Positions 1-13,745 of a DNA stretch of 64,000 nucleotides are shown here, piece by piece. The stretch is from Oculina patagonica (lineage: Eukaryota). A program made the translations under genes and the position numbers. The notes under the pieces were generated by a model, which made no database searches, was not told where the DNA came from, and worked only from the letters and a program-made list of their open reading frames with translations. The DNA lies in contig NC_135771.1 of the NCBI RefSeq assembly GCF_052425735.1, positions 3,968,001 to 4,032,000 of the forward strand. Reading direction: 5' to 3'. Each line of letters opens with the position of its first letter. Positions within the stretch are counted from its first letter, which is position 1.

Positions 1-409
1 TTTACTTTGAAAAATGTTTAGCCCAACAATATTGCAAAAAACACGTATCGCAATCCGTTTCAATCTTCGTCGCTTTTGGCCATCCATACCTTCTTTTGTA
101 TTTGGTGTGTTATTGAAAATTTTCTTCACTGTTTTAAGAGGTTATTTTCATATTTTAACGAATTTGATGGTCATTTCCCATGCCTAAATGTAACTAAAAT
201 CCGTGACACAGTCCCTTTAGAGTATCATAAGTTATGCGAAACCGGCTCAACAGTGTGCGGGAGTCACCCATTCGGTCAGATAAGCCTCTTTTCCTTTTAG
301 TCTGTTTTTCTCCGATATTCAAATCCGTATTTGCCATTTTTTTTTTCCCAGTTAATTCACGTTGAAGAACAAAGTTTTGTCTCTTTGCGCAAACTGGATT
401 TTTTCTTAT

Positions 410-3400
410 TTATTCATCCTTTGGACTGCTGAAATATAGTGTCCACCGAAGAACAGCAATCCTCGCTCTGTCAAGAACCGCTTGAAAAGAATCCATTGCT
501 GGTCGAACGTCGAGCGCGACAAATTCTCCACTCTTGTAAGCTTCTTCGTCGCCGATGTCGTAGTAATCGATAATGTATCGGACTTCCCGACCACAGCGAT
601 CGATAACCCAGTCGTGACGATCAAATGGAAGCTCATAACTGGGAGAAAGGAAGAATTATTAAGTATTAGGATTAAAGTAAAACGGGAGAGAAGAATTAAT
701 TATTTTTAATAAACAATATTATCAAAGTACTTGGCCTAATGATATACCACAGCCATACGAGTGAGTAATATATCCCTGGGGGACCCCTATAAGAAAGTGA
801 CGGGGTGTTTCTCAGAAAGTAATTCAAGGAACCAGAAGAATTAATTTTTTTAAATAAACAATATTACCAAGGTACTTGGCCTTATGATATACCAGAGCCA
901 TACGAGTGAGTAATATATCCCTGGGGGACCCCTATAAGAAAGTGGCGGGGTGTTTCTCAGAAAGTAATTCAAGGAACCAGAATCTTGTACCGTGGACGTG
1001 ACTGAATTAACTGGTACCAAATCTAAACATTTTAATACTAACTGATTTATCCCAATAACCTTTCCTACAAGTCAAGTCTGGGAAAACTGTAAAGATATCC
1101 ATTTTAGATGCAACACCTTAATTTATGGCACAAGTCTATGAATTTTTACCTAAAAGGTACTATTACTTCCCAGTCGACATACAGCCGTTTTGAGAAGGGT
1201 TGTCCTACAGAAGCATAAAATTTATCCGACAGTGCAGATTTAACAATAATTGGTTCATGCTTTAGTGTGCACTATTGAACTATGGTGCACGAAGGAAGTT
1301 TGGCGAGCATGAAAGAAGCGTAAGAATTGCACCAGGTGATAGCCAAGAGCAGCTCTAGCTTCTTGAGAGTTCTCCAAATTTGCAAGTGCACCATAACTTG
1401 ATACTGCACAGCTAAGAGCATGAAGCAATTGGTTTGTAACATTGCCAGTGGAAATGTAGATTTAAACCAATGCCAAAAACTAGTGCAAAAGAAAACGTTT
1501 GGTGAAGCGATTTGCTCACGCCATGTTCCCACTATCAGCGTGCACTATTTGATTTTGTGCACGCGCACATATACTGAATTTGATTGCACGGCTCTGCTAG
1601 CTATGTCATAGCCTGTTCTAGGCTCTTAGTAGTTGTTGGAGAGCAAAAAACACAGGCGAGCGAGGAAAAAAAAACGAGGGGGGGGGGGGGAGGTACGTGT
1701 ATCAGGGGTAGTAGTTAATTCCAGAGCTTTAACTCGCTCTGATAAAGGTAGTAGTTAGCCCTTGCTTTATCGAAGTCCACAACATTTTATCAAATTCAAA
1801 TTCAAAAATTGTTAATAAACCACCTGAAAGCAAATTTATACCAGTGAGCAAAATATAACGTATATCTTTCTTACCCCATCCAACTTCTTATTCTTGCCCG
1901 TGGAGAAAACTCTTTTGCTTTCCCTCTAAAACTAAGCAGTTTTGGTGTGTCGCATTCCCTGTAAAAAAAAAAATGAAGGAGAAAAGGTAACGAAATAAAA
2001 ATGAAAGTGAATTCTGGAATTATCATTCACTATGTGATATCTTGGGATTGTTCTGTTGACTTGGAGCTGGCCTGCAGTGCAGGCATTTTCCGTGGGCATG
2101 CGAGAAAGCAGTATAAGCTCAAGTAGATTCACCACCATGTTGGATAAGGGTGGAGAGATGATTGGAAGTGAGAAAACAAACACACTCTACATTCAGCCTC
2201 ACTCTTACTCCCTGGGACACAGTTTGTCCAATCTCCCCAGCCCTCTCCCATGTTTGAATCCAAGATGGCACTCACCTGATCAAAAAGTGCTCGCTTGCTA
2301 AAATATGCCTGCATTGTATTGCAGGCTAACTAGGAGCTAACTAAAAAGCTTACAAAAAATTTACAAAACATAGGCCAAAAACAGTTCCCATGAGCTTGCT
2401 TATGTTTTGTTTTCATGGCTTGATGTAAATACTCAAGTAAGTCAATTTTTTTGTGTTAACCCTTGCCTGTGGCTCAGGTTCAAATAAATTGTCAGTTCTT
2501 TTTACATCCACATCAGGCTAGCAACCCCGGCAAAAGAGGTTTGACTGGAAATGACTCCTGCTATTACGGACTCTCGCTATATAGGACACTAAACTGGAAT
2601 TCCATTATAACTGGAAGTCCATTATAACGAGAGTTGACTGTATTTGGAAAAGTTAAAAAACATTGTAAACTTAACTTAACCATGACACAGTCCCTTTAAA
2701 TGCAATCCCAATCTTACTTGTAGTGAAGAGCCTCCCACTTAAGAATCTCCTGCCACGCAGCCTCGTTGTTGGCATTGTGGATCCTGATGATATTATCCAT
2801 GTCATTAGCTTGTACTTCATCATCCTTCCATTTCCAGCCCTTACGTAACATTGCATTCCAGAACATCTGCTGTGAGGGGTACACCCAGTTCTCATCCTTG
2901 CCAGTACCCCCTCTAGGGATGGATGATACCTGGCGATTGATTGGCAGAGGGAATGGTTGGCCAGGGGAAGGTTGTTGGTTTGGTGGCGGCATCTGCAAAG
3001 GAAAGTTATCAACTGTGAATTTCACATTACAATAATAATCAATATAGTCAATGCTCACCTTGCTACTCAAAATGCGTGGTATAATGGACTTGCAGCAGTG
3101 AATGTTCTGGCCACACAACTTTCTTTCTCACAAAGTATTAATACATTAGAATCCTGATTTTTCGAACCTCTAAGGAGGCCCTGCCAGGGTAAATTCCGAC
3201 AAGCGACATGGCCCAAAAAGTAGCGACAGCACATAAAATAAACCGTTTTGAAAAAACTTAAATTCCGACAAGGACAATCAATTTTCCTTCAATTCAACTA
3301 TCGATAGCGACAGGAAGTGTGATAAAACAGCGACAAGGGGCATTTTTAAATTTAGACAAGCGACATGGATTCCCTCCCTGGCAGAGCCTCTCTAAGGGAA

Positions 3401-4642
3401 ACAAATATTGGTTTGAGAAATTGGGTAGTTCTAGAAATCGGGGTTACAAATGCAGTTTTTGACTGAGGGAAGCGAAAACACATTCTCAAACAGACAGTAA
3501 CTACAATCTAGAAAATCAAACTAGACAATACTGTCTTTTAAAGGAAACCTCTGCTCTTGAGGCAAGTTGACATTGACTTGTTTGAAATAATGCCTAAATT
3601 ACAAATTTTACAGGGCAGGGGAGAAATAGCATTTAATTACAACCGTAAACGGAAAAGATTATGGCTTTTAAATTTCCCATGCGGTGCCATTTTGGAATTT
3701 ATGACCTCAGTGCATTGCCCAATTGTTTCTCACAAAAGAACCTGGCATTGCTTTCTAATAACATCGACAATGCACTAATGTCATAAAATCCCAAATGGCA
3801 GCACATGGGAAATTTAAAAGCACAAGAATTGACAAATCAAAGGCCCAGTATTCGAATGAAAAATAAATCTGCGACTTTGAACAACCAAAACGGTTTTAGA
3901 CTGCTGTTTTACAGCCAAGGTTCCCTTTAAAAGTATGTTTAACAGTTGAGCTCCCAATTTCTTCTTACCATGAAAATACATTGTCAAGCAGACAAGAGAT
4001 GAAAATAAAGAAAATCATCAAAAACTAGCAATGGTATATTGCAATTCCTGCATTTTGATTGGTTAACAGACAATGGTATATGAGCTCATATACCATTTAC
4101 CACAAATATGGTAGCTAATACGCATCAACGAAAACAGTTGGGGAGCTCAAATATTTTTATTCTTTGGGCGTTTTTAATAAAACAGTTATTCCACTGGCTC
4201 TTGTTGGATATATGATTGTTATAGCCAACTTATATCCAACGTGTGCTCGTGGAATAATAATTTGTTAAAAATAACACAGCAGTTTCTCAGAACTAACATT
4301 AAATGAAATGTGTGCAAAAGAAATGAAAATAATTCACTATTTCAAGCCTGTAGCTAAAGGAAAATTGACTATTAATACCATGTTAGTCGGATCCAAGGCA
4401 TCCGTGCCCTTGTCCATAGCATTACTGTCACAACCACTTCCTGCACTGATGGGACACTGACTGGCTTGCAGCTTCACCCCGCCATCTTGATGCATTGGAC
4501 ATTCACTGATTGAGGGCTTGGATGTTCTGTCAGGTGCTGGAGAGCTGTGTTGGACTGGGCACCCACTCGTAGGGGTTTGAGTGACAATTGCAGCACTGCC
4601 TCCAGCATCTGTTGACACTGGCGTCGATGAGCTACCACCCAT
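410..4642 (-). CDS. HCCS: Holocytochrome c-type synthase (cytochrome c heme lyase), 4 coding exons
   Basis: Exons 4642-4379, 2992-2718, 1958-1875 and 638-410, all GT-AG and phase-consistent. N-terminus MGGSSS, CP heme-regulatory motifs (CPVQH, CPMHQ), then [50 protein letters not shown] and [29 protein letters not shown]. An acceptor 2 nt upstream of the ATG implies a 5' UTR intron. Confidence 0.95.
689..982. repeat. Tandem duplication, ~145-bp unit, 2 copies, in the last HCCS intron
   Basis: agaagaattaat...gagtgagtaatatatccctggggg...caaggaaccagaa occurs at ~689 and ~834 with few mismatches. Confidence 0.85.
3175..3390. mobile_element. MITE with 6-bp TSD (TCTAAG)
   Basis: TIRs gaggccctgccaggg / ccctggcagagcctc; tctaag at 3169-3174 and 3391-3396. 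Confidence 0.7.
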
Positions 4643-4941
4643 TCCTGTTAAACTAGACTATGATTCTTCTGGGACTTTTCTTGAATGAGAATAAAGTTGA
4701 ATCTTTCATGAGGACCACCAAATTTGTCAATCCAAGGTTATCAAATTAATGTTACCTTTCTCAACCCTCAAAATGGGGTAAGAAAAAATAGAACTCTGCC
4801 AATTCATCTGCAAAAATGATTCAAATATCTCACTATTCTCCCCAGATCTAAGCAGGAAAACATTTTCTTCATATCCGGGAGATTTGGTGACCCATACGGA
4901 AGACTGTGGAGATTCCAGTTTGGAAGCTAGGGGAGGGCCGG

Positions 4942-6919
4942 TGTCACAGCCGATTTGGACCCCCCGTCGAATTGGACCCCCCGGTCCAAATCCGCTAGCC
5001 GATATGGACCCCCCGGTCCAAATCCACTAGCCGATATGGCCCCCCCCTTCGCCGATTTGGACCCCCCTAAACAATTGTTATTTAAGCTTTGTCTCCTTCT
5101 TACTCAGTAAATTTTTCCATTTGCAAGCATATTTTTCAACGTTCCCTCGAATGACAAACACAAAATTTGTAATTAAGATAATGAAAACAAATGCATATCT
5201 TGTTATAATTCTGCCATATTTATTATAGTAAATAAAATAACTTTATATAATAGCGATGCAATTTTGCGTTCTATGCAGGCCTGTAAATTATTACCGAAAA
5301 TTACTATAATTCATTGCAAAGCTTATTGTAAACTAAAGACCTGACTAAAGACAGCGTCTAACTACGGATCCTGTTATAATCTTACGGTATTACTAACTTA
5401 AAGTATTAGAAAACCGAGAACTTCGTAATATTCTTATTTTTAAATTACGCCTTAATAGAGACAAAATAATTGCAATCAGCAATAGTAGCAATTATAACCT
5501 AACGGTAACTCAAAGTCTAAGAAAAACGCGAATTTCGTTCTATTCTTTTTTCACGCCTTAATATTCAGATCAACAAAAACAATTATCAAGTCAGTACAAT
5601 ACACGGTAAACATATTTTTACTTGTTTAACTTGCTTTTTAACTGTAACAGTTAACTTTATTTTTGCGCTCTATGCGAACCTCTTTTTTTAACCACTGTTT
5701 ACACGCTTGCGCATGCAGTTACTGAATAGCCGACAAACTTGCTCTATCGGCACTGTTACAAAAAAAAAAAACCTTTTTAAAGAAGTCGGAACCTCTTTTA
5801 AAAAAAGTTGTGAAATGTAAACAAAAAAGACAACGTAATTAGAGTCTTTGAGTGAGTTATTGTCCAGTAACTATTGATTACTCCATAATGATGATTCGTT
5901 CTAAGTAGAGTAAACTAGACAAAAACGCGGTGTTAGCAACTTTATTTAACCTGTTTTGGGTGCTTTGGGTATTGACAAAACGTTTCATTTCAAGCGAACG
6001 ACAAACTATCAAGAACACAACAGTAAAAGTGTTTTTACGCTTTCGGTATGATAATAATTATAATACCGTGAACAAGTATTTTCTCCTAGTTTCACAACTA
6101 ATTTACACAGAAGTAATAAAACTCGCGTTCGCGCTTTTTGTGAGAATCTTTCTATTTCAAGTTTACAACTTTTAACAAAGCTTATACTACAAAAAAAAAA
6201 CACTTCTTACGCTGTAAAAGTCGAGAAAACTGCTCTTTGTTTTGTCGGCAAAGCGAAAAACTGTTTTAAAAGTCGGAAGCTATTTAGAAGAAATCTATTG
6301 TGTAAAGTAAAAACAAAAAGAAAACAATGTAATTAGAGTCCAGTAGTAATCTTATTGTCCTGTATCTTTTCAGGTTTTTGTAAATTCACTCAACCGAACA
6401 TTTATTCTAATAAACTAACTTGACAGTAAGGGACTTATTAGCCGAACATGTCTTATTATAATTTCAGACGTAGACAACAAACTAACAAAAAACGCAATTG
6501 TAAATTTGGTTCTGCACTTTAGGCTCGGGTCAAAAAAAAATGACACTTGATTTTCATTTGGAAAACGTTGCTTCGGGACGTTGAGAATAACATAAATTTT
6601 ACAATGCGCGTGCATGCTGTGTTTGGTAAACACCAGGGCGTACGTTGTCTATTTCCTCTTTTCAATGTCCATGAAATATTTGTATGGACTTTTTATCATC
6701 TTTTCTTTTATTCGTTTACGACTGCAGGAGTACGAAAGTAAAGTATGATCACTTCTGATGGGGGGGGTCCAAATTCCCGAAGGGGGGTCCAAATTCGCTA
6801 GCCAATATGGACTTCCGGGGGTCCATATCGGCTAGTGGATTTGAACCGGGGGGTCCATATCGGCGAGCAGATTTGGACCGGGGGGTCCAAATCCAGGGGG
6901 GTCAAAATCGGCTAGGACA
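4942..6919. mobile_element. Non-autonomous Ginger1-like DNA transposon
   Basis: TGT...ACA termini (TGTCACAGCCGATTT / AAATCGGCTAGGACA), subterminal GGACCCCCC repeat arrays, CCGG TSD at 4938-4941 and 6920-6923, no long ORF. Confidence 0.75.
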
Positions 6920-8210
6920 CCGGGTCTGGCCCACACCTAATTTCTAGGCCAAACTGAGACCCGAAAAAAAAAAATAGAAAAACAATCTTTAAGACCGTCC
7001 CCCCCACCCCCCCTGAAGGTCTGGATCTGCCACGAAATACAGTTTGTATTCGAGAGGCTCTAGGATAAGTTGGCATAGATGGATAATGCTTATGTATGGA
7101 AGTACCCCCTCCCCCAACAAAAGAGTGGTCATCACATTACAGCTAGCACACGGAAGGTTGCATATATTGGCTGAATGAAGTTTGAAATTTTGTGCATGTG
7201 GTGCCTTAAGAAGTGACCCCTCAATCACCCACTAAAGTTATAACCTGTATGCATATGCAATACAGGCTTGATTGATCAGAACTGACAGAAATCAAAATCA
7301 AAACAGACAAATGACTTGCTCATGATCAAGACAACGTGCTCAAAGTTATGTCACATTCTGTTTCCTTGACTTTCTTTTCAAGGATTACATAGCGAAATGT
7401 GTATCTTGTGGCTGAAAAATTAAATTTTGTAATACGTTACTAAATAGACTAGACCTTCTGACCTGTATTTAGATAGATGATCGCCTTTTTCTGTGGGAAA
7501 ACGTCCAAGAAAGTAACTAAATGAACAGTCCTGTCTAGGTACGACGTGATCGGGTAAACTTGTTCCCAGGCTATCTCACTCGTTTGGAGGTGAGAGGGAT
7601 CTGAGTTCCGGGAAGGTTTTTTTTCGAGATCCGCGATCCGCGACCTCTCCTGGCTTTTATCGTAAAAAGTGAAATGGCTATTTTTTCCTCGTGAAACGTG
7701 ATTGGTTACAAAGCCGTAAGCAGTAAATCGACTTTCTGTACGAAATGAGTCTTGTGTCTTTTCTCAAGAAATGTGAGTGTCTCGAGAAATAATTCTTCTT
7801 TTACCGTGAAAATCTAGTCTGAAATTCAGCCGTCCTCGCGTCCTCTGGGGGGGGGGGGGGTTAGGGACGAGAGGACGGCTCATTCTCGTCCCCATAGCCC
7901 TTTCGTTTCTCTTAGCCGGCTAGGCCTTGGCACGAGGAAACAAAGGGCTCTGGGGACAGAGGATTTCCAGTCCTAGATTCTAAGACTTCCGGTCTTCATG
8001 TATGCAGTCATGACGTTTCAAAAGAATGTATGAGAGAGTCGTTACGTTTTCGACTTCCGTTTAGGAATTCTTTGTTCCAAACAGCCAATCAAAAAAATTC
8101 GAATTAATTCAAAAATCCTATGTCCCCAGAGCCCTAAAATCCTGCACCATTCGCCTCGTTCCACTAGTGCCATGCTCCTTGGCGCGGTGTTTGCCTGATG
8201 ACATTTAGGT

Positions 8211-8686
8211 TAAGGATGGGCCGATACAGGTTTTTCAAAACGATACGATATCGATACGATATTTGCCTTTTTTCTCGATCTCGATCTCGATATCGATATT
8301 ATGACGTCATTTCCGTCCTGACGTCATTGGTATGTCATGTGATTCGTCTAAGAATTCAAAAGACAGTCCTGGCATTATAGATGTTAGCCACGAATGTTGC
8401 TTTCTGGTCTTTTTGATTCACTGTTGCATCAGCAATGTGTGGACCCTGGTGTGGACATTAAGTCAAGGCAAGAAAAATTCAATATTGACAAGAACAACAA
8501 TTTTTGTTTGAGCAAAATTGCATTTTTAAACCTCAGGTGCTGACCAGGAGACCGCAGGCTCAGGTCACGTGTACAGTATCGAAAACGTATCGAAAGTGCG
8601 ATATTTTTCGAAAGTATCGATACTTTTCAAAATTGTAAAAATAACGATGTATCGAATATTTGGTATCGAGTATCGGCCCATCCTTA
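8211..8686. mobile_element. hAT-type MITE
   Basis: TIR TAAGGATGGGCCGATAC / GTATCGGCCCATCCTTA; 8-bp TSD ATTTAGGT at 8203-8210 and 8687-8694; subterminal CGATA repeats. Confidence 0.85.
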
Positions 8687-8864
8687 ATTTAGGTATGTGT
8701 CCTGGATGTGGGTTTAGCACGATTTACACAGATGAATTCTTAAAGCATGCCTGTACAACTTCAGGTGAGAAATACCACTTATAAGTAATAAGTACCGGGT
8801 AATTGGTTACTTACCTTATTTATTCAGGTTGTTGTATTTTTACGCGTGAATTTTCGTCTTAGTT

Positions 8865-9068
8865 TAGCCTGCGAGCAGGCTCTCTATCGGGGGCAACGTG
8901 AATATTGAACCCTTCGAGCGCCGAAGGCGCGATCCCGCGAGTGCCGAAGGCGCGAGTCGGCGAGCCAAGCGAGCCGCTGGGCAAGCGAAGCGAGGGCAAC
9001 GTGAATATTGAACCCTTCGAGCGCCGAAGGGTTCAATATTCACGAATAGAGAGCCTGCTCGCAGGCTA
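8865..9068. mobile_element. MITE with TAG...CTA ends and 9-bp TSD (Academ-like)
   Basis: TIR TAGCCTGCGAGCAGGCTCTCTAT; TSD GTCTTAGTT at 8856-8864 and 9069-9077. Confidence 0.8.
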
Positions 9069-11020
9069 GTCTTAGTTATGCTCGCCTAAATATAAGCTTA
9101 ATCAGCTGTTCGTTGTGCCGTCAGTTTACTGGTAAAACGTTCATTTCTTATGTAAGTGTAAAGTTTTCCAAGAATGCGAATCATATTTTGAGGTTTCTGA
9201 TTAGTTTTATTAAGATTTAGCGAGTTTTCTTCGAGCTCATGCCCAGCTGCATTATCTGGCAGACTCAAGCAAAACTGAAATTCAACATCTGAGCCGCCAT
9301 TTTGAATTTTCGCGGGAAATTCGCGAGGGCAACAAAGAGGAGCCTGAGAACGAATGAGATTGGTGTCTAACAACCTCGTCCCCAGGACTGTCCGCGTGGT
9401 GCCCCCGACAAACAGCCCTGGTGCAGGGTGATATATCGAGTTTGGTGATTGGTAGATGGTATCGGATGGTGTGTAAAATATATTGTGGCCGAGGATTGGC
9501 TATCCAAATTGTCCTTGCGACGCGGGAAGCTTCCAAGGTGTTTTGACTTCAACTTCGGAAAAGATTCCGCGCAGATATGACAAAAAGTTACGACAAATGC
9601 TTCAATGAGAAGAGTAATTCAAGCTGAAGTAAGAGAACTTCGTTTGGGATCGCAACCCAATTTTGTTTTAAGCGCCGATAATGCCGTTCGCTTTTTTGTG
9701 TTAACAATAATCAAGATGAAAAAGAGTTGAGACGAAATTCCCACGCCATACGTAGGAACGAAACCAAGAGAAGTTTGTTTTACGGGTAAGTTAAATTTTT
9801 AACTGGCTCCTGTAGTTTTAACTTAATTAAGTTTTATTTAATTGGCCTCGCAAGTATCGCCTAAAATTGTGTATCTTGTGCTCACAAATTGACAGTATCA
9901 CTCGACAAAAATGCCAAAAACATTTTCTATTGTCAAGAGCTCGAGCGTTTGGTGTTCATAAAATCTGATTATATTTTACTGTTTCGCAATTTTGAATTCT
10001 GATCAGCTAGTGGAAGTTCCACTTGTATACTTTACGTTGGCAGAGTTTTAGACGTTTTCAAGGTGTACCACCGATTAATCCAAGTCGGAACGGTGCCTGA
10101 TGGTACAATTTCAATTTCCCAATTCAGCTTTAGAAACCACAAGTTTGTCAGCCTTTAGAAATAACAGAAATGTTGTCCACTGGAAAAGAAAAACTGCTGA
10201 TTAGTTGAAGATGAGTTAAAGTTTAGGTCTGCCAAATTTTGTTTACATGGACCTTATCAAAAGAAAAATATCAGCATTTGATTCCGCGATATTCGCTCGT
10301 AGGTCTGCTTCGTAGGCTGACTCAATTTGAAAGGGCAAGAACTTCTTTGAATATCAAAATCACGAATTTTTGATGTGGTAATCGGCTTTTAAAAACACTG
10401 GCTTTGGAGTTCTTCCTAATCCTTAACAGGTGGTTAAAATGCTGCTGGAAGAGAAATCATATACGAACGAAATTCGTTCCTTTCGAATGCACAGAACTAT
10501 TTTTGCTTTGCGGTTCATAGCATATTTTATTTATTTATATTTGGTGATGTATTTTGCATTTAATATTTTGCAGATGCAGCTGGACCACAAGTACTTGGCA
10601 AAATTAACCATCAGAGTGTATTTATTGACTTAATGCATGTATTTATCCGTAAATTAAGCAATAAAGAGAGGTATTATTAGAAACGCCTTGTCTCTTGGTT
10701 ACTGGTGAGTTTAGTGGTAGTCCTCTGGACTGCGTCCCCTCATTTGAACACTAGTTTACAAGAAAAAGAGTAGTCACAGCTGTCAATTGTTGGTTTAAAA
10801 AGATCAGTTTAACATCAGTCAGCTAATATAAACATAACATAAAAAAATTGTAAGATGACAGGCCACTACCATTCTATTCTATTCAAAATAAGGCCTAAAA
10901 ATAACATATTCCATATAAAAATGTGTTGTAGTGAGTTAATTTATTGTAACCATGATAGCAAGTTCAATTTGGAAGACATCTTGTGGTAAACAATTTTTTA
11001 GAATGTCTCCCTAACAGTAT

Positions 11021-11768
11021 TAGGGACCGGTCATTATTTTTGTAGAGGGAAGGGGGAGGGAAAAATATGTTAGAAAGATCAAAAATTTCTGTAAGGCCCC
11101 CCTCTAGGTCATGTAAGTAGCAAGTGACCCCCCATCTTTATTCAAAATTTATGTGATGCCCCCTCCTCCCTCACCTTATATCTCCTCTTATTTAAATGCA
11201 TGTTACATACAATTAAAAAATGATTAGTTTTCTAAACTTTGGAAAAGTGACAGATATTACAAATTATGCTTTCATGGCGAACACAAATGTAATAACCATG
11301 CAAAATATAGTTTTTTTTCCAATTATTTTCCTACAGTTGTATTAAAAAGGACTTCTTTCTTGTTGTTATATCATGTTTAATTACTTCTTGGGCTATTGCA
11401 GTGACAATCATTTTGTTAAAAGAAAATAATTTCAGTCAAACCAAATATTAGCAGATAATTATAAATAACCCTAACCCTAAACCCTAACCCTTTCAGTAAC
11501 TAAAATTTGAGATAACAATGGAGTTTAGAGTGCAAACAGTATTTCTTTAAAATACAAATCACTAAGTTGTACATAATGGTGGAGTTTAAAAAAAAGAAAA
11601 CAATAGAATTAGCATAAAATTGTAAAATTTAGCATTACTGACATTTCACTTTACCATTTAACTGTTTTAAGCCCCCCTCTTAAAATAGCCTTGACCTCCT
11701 GTATATAATAGCCTTGACCCTCCTTCTTTTTTCCTTCCCCCCTCTGCATAAATAATGGTCGGTCTCTT
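11021..11768. mobile_element. Nested MITE inside the AcademH-like element
   Basis: Imperfect TIRs agggaccggtcattattt / aaataatggtcggtctct; contains a short degenerate (TAACCC)n tract at ~11466-11490. Confidence 0.5.
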
Positions 11769-13204
11769 TGTTAGAAATAATTTAAAACCAAGATTCATGA
11801 CCTCGTTTGAAGCCTGTAAAACTGTAAGATTATGCAATGGACTTCTTTACTTGCTGTGAAGGGTAAATGTCCAAAAGTATCTAAAGTAGGTGATTTGACC
11901 AAATGATACTCCAAGTACTACATTGTAATTCTTTTTGTAACACCCACTGAGTAATATGGGAAAGACTTAACAAGTAAAGATGGCATAAAATAAAAAGTTG
12001 TGAATATTGGTTTGTTGTTCATGTCTTACCCCTTCCCCCCAAACTGCATTCAGTCATTTCAGCTAAAATAACCTGGTTGCATAAAAATAGATACCAATTT
12101 GCTTACACACTTTATTGGTTCGTTTTTGTGTTATTTATTTATTTAAAAGATTCCCCATAAAAATAAATATTTACAATTAAAAATAATAAAATATATAATA
12201 ACTACTAGTGGAAGGATAAAAGCAGGGGGAACTTAATTCCCATGTAAAAGCTGTTATCCAAGATAAAACTAAAATGTATAAATAGTGTTGTCCTGCAGGT
12301 TATTGTACCAAGACACATAGTACTGTGACTCTTTTTCAGAATCACATGAACAACTTGTGGCACAAAAATATCTTGAAATATAACACACTGAACTTTGCAT
12401 GAAGCTGTCAAGAGGAGTGGGCTAGAGTGAACTACCCCCATTAACTTGTACAAAACATAATGGTCAGCAGTCAGAATGAGATAAAAAAATCAAATTTTAT
12501 TCTTATCAGTAAGTGAACACTGGTCTCTGTCTTTTTGTTACTAATTAAAACACTTCATGAACTTGTTGGGCATTGAATTTTCTTTTCCATTTATAAAAAC
12601 TTTCAAAGCCGTTTGATATTTGGTTTCCTGTCTTGTGTACATCATGATAATTACCCCAGTTCATCTTTCATAATTGTAAGGGCCTAATTAGAAAGCCAGT
12701 TTAGAAAGCCAGTTTTTTCAGTATTCTCAGTTCAACCTGCAACCTAGTACTCTCAATAATTTTTACAGAGAAGTTCCTTAATTAAATAGCTCCCAGGTAC
12801 TTTTAATTTCATTGAAAACCTTGGCAGGCTGTAACCTGCAACCTCTTTGACAGATCATGAGATATATAGAGGTTTGTCACTTGCTAACACATTTGGTCAG
12901 AAAATAAGGCCTGCGCTGCCGTATCATTTTGTTAAAATTCAGTGATTGATTGAAAATAATGGGTTCCTGTACGAACTGAAGAGTGCATGGCATTCATTTA
13001 GTGTGAATGTAGGAGATTTATGACAACGAAGAGCATTAATATAAAAAATGCAGGCCTATGTTGATCATTATCATAGTGATTTCATAAGATTGTAGGAATG
13101 CCTATTTTTTAAATTTTATGTTCTCGGGGCCTATATCGATTTTTCTTGTGGCATTAAGCTTCACACAAAAACAAATGTAGTCCAAGATCGTTTGTAAACA
13201 AAAT

Positions 13205-13745
13205 TTATTTCAATGCTCGCCAATTATCAATACAATGTGCTTTCTCAACAACACAAGCAACCACTATGGTCTGAAAGACCTGAGATTGGAGCAGGGACCT
13301 CCCTTGCTTTGAAGCGACGAACGCCTCTGGATGTGCAAACAGCACACGCAACTCACCCTTAATTTCTCTGAACAAGTAGATCGAATTCAACGTGAACTTC
13401 TTCATCACTCGAAATCGAATCACTCAAGCTGCGTTCATCTTGTCCTGCTAACTCGACCTTTCCACTTCACAGGACAGCAAAAGGAAGTCCCTTTTCAATG
13501 AGCGATTTGGTATGATTTGGAGTTAGTCTCTCTTCGCAATATTCACCTCGACTCCTCACAACTGAAACCATTCGTACTATAGCAACCAATTCAAATCAGG
13601 ACTTAAATCAAAACTGGTCGGTAACACTCAGAGAATATCCCGACCTAAATATACTGCTTCTAGAGCACGAACTTTCTACTAACACAAAAATATTGCTTCT
13701 CTCCACTGCAAAGTTCAAGGCTCGAAGAAGGGGTATGGCCGCCAT
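13205..13745 (-). pseudogene. Degenerate RecQ-like SF2 helicase N-terminal fragment (transposon-encoded)
   Basis: MAAIPLLRALNFAVERS, then a frameshift, then ALEAVYLGRDIL*VLPTSFDLS (decayed motif I, consensus LPTGxGKS) and KGELRVLFAHPEAF...VACVVEKAHCIDNW (decayed motif II, consensus VDEAHCIxxW). Confidence 0.75.
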
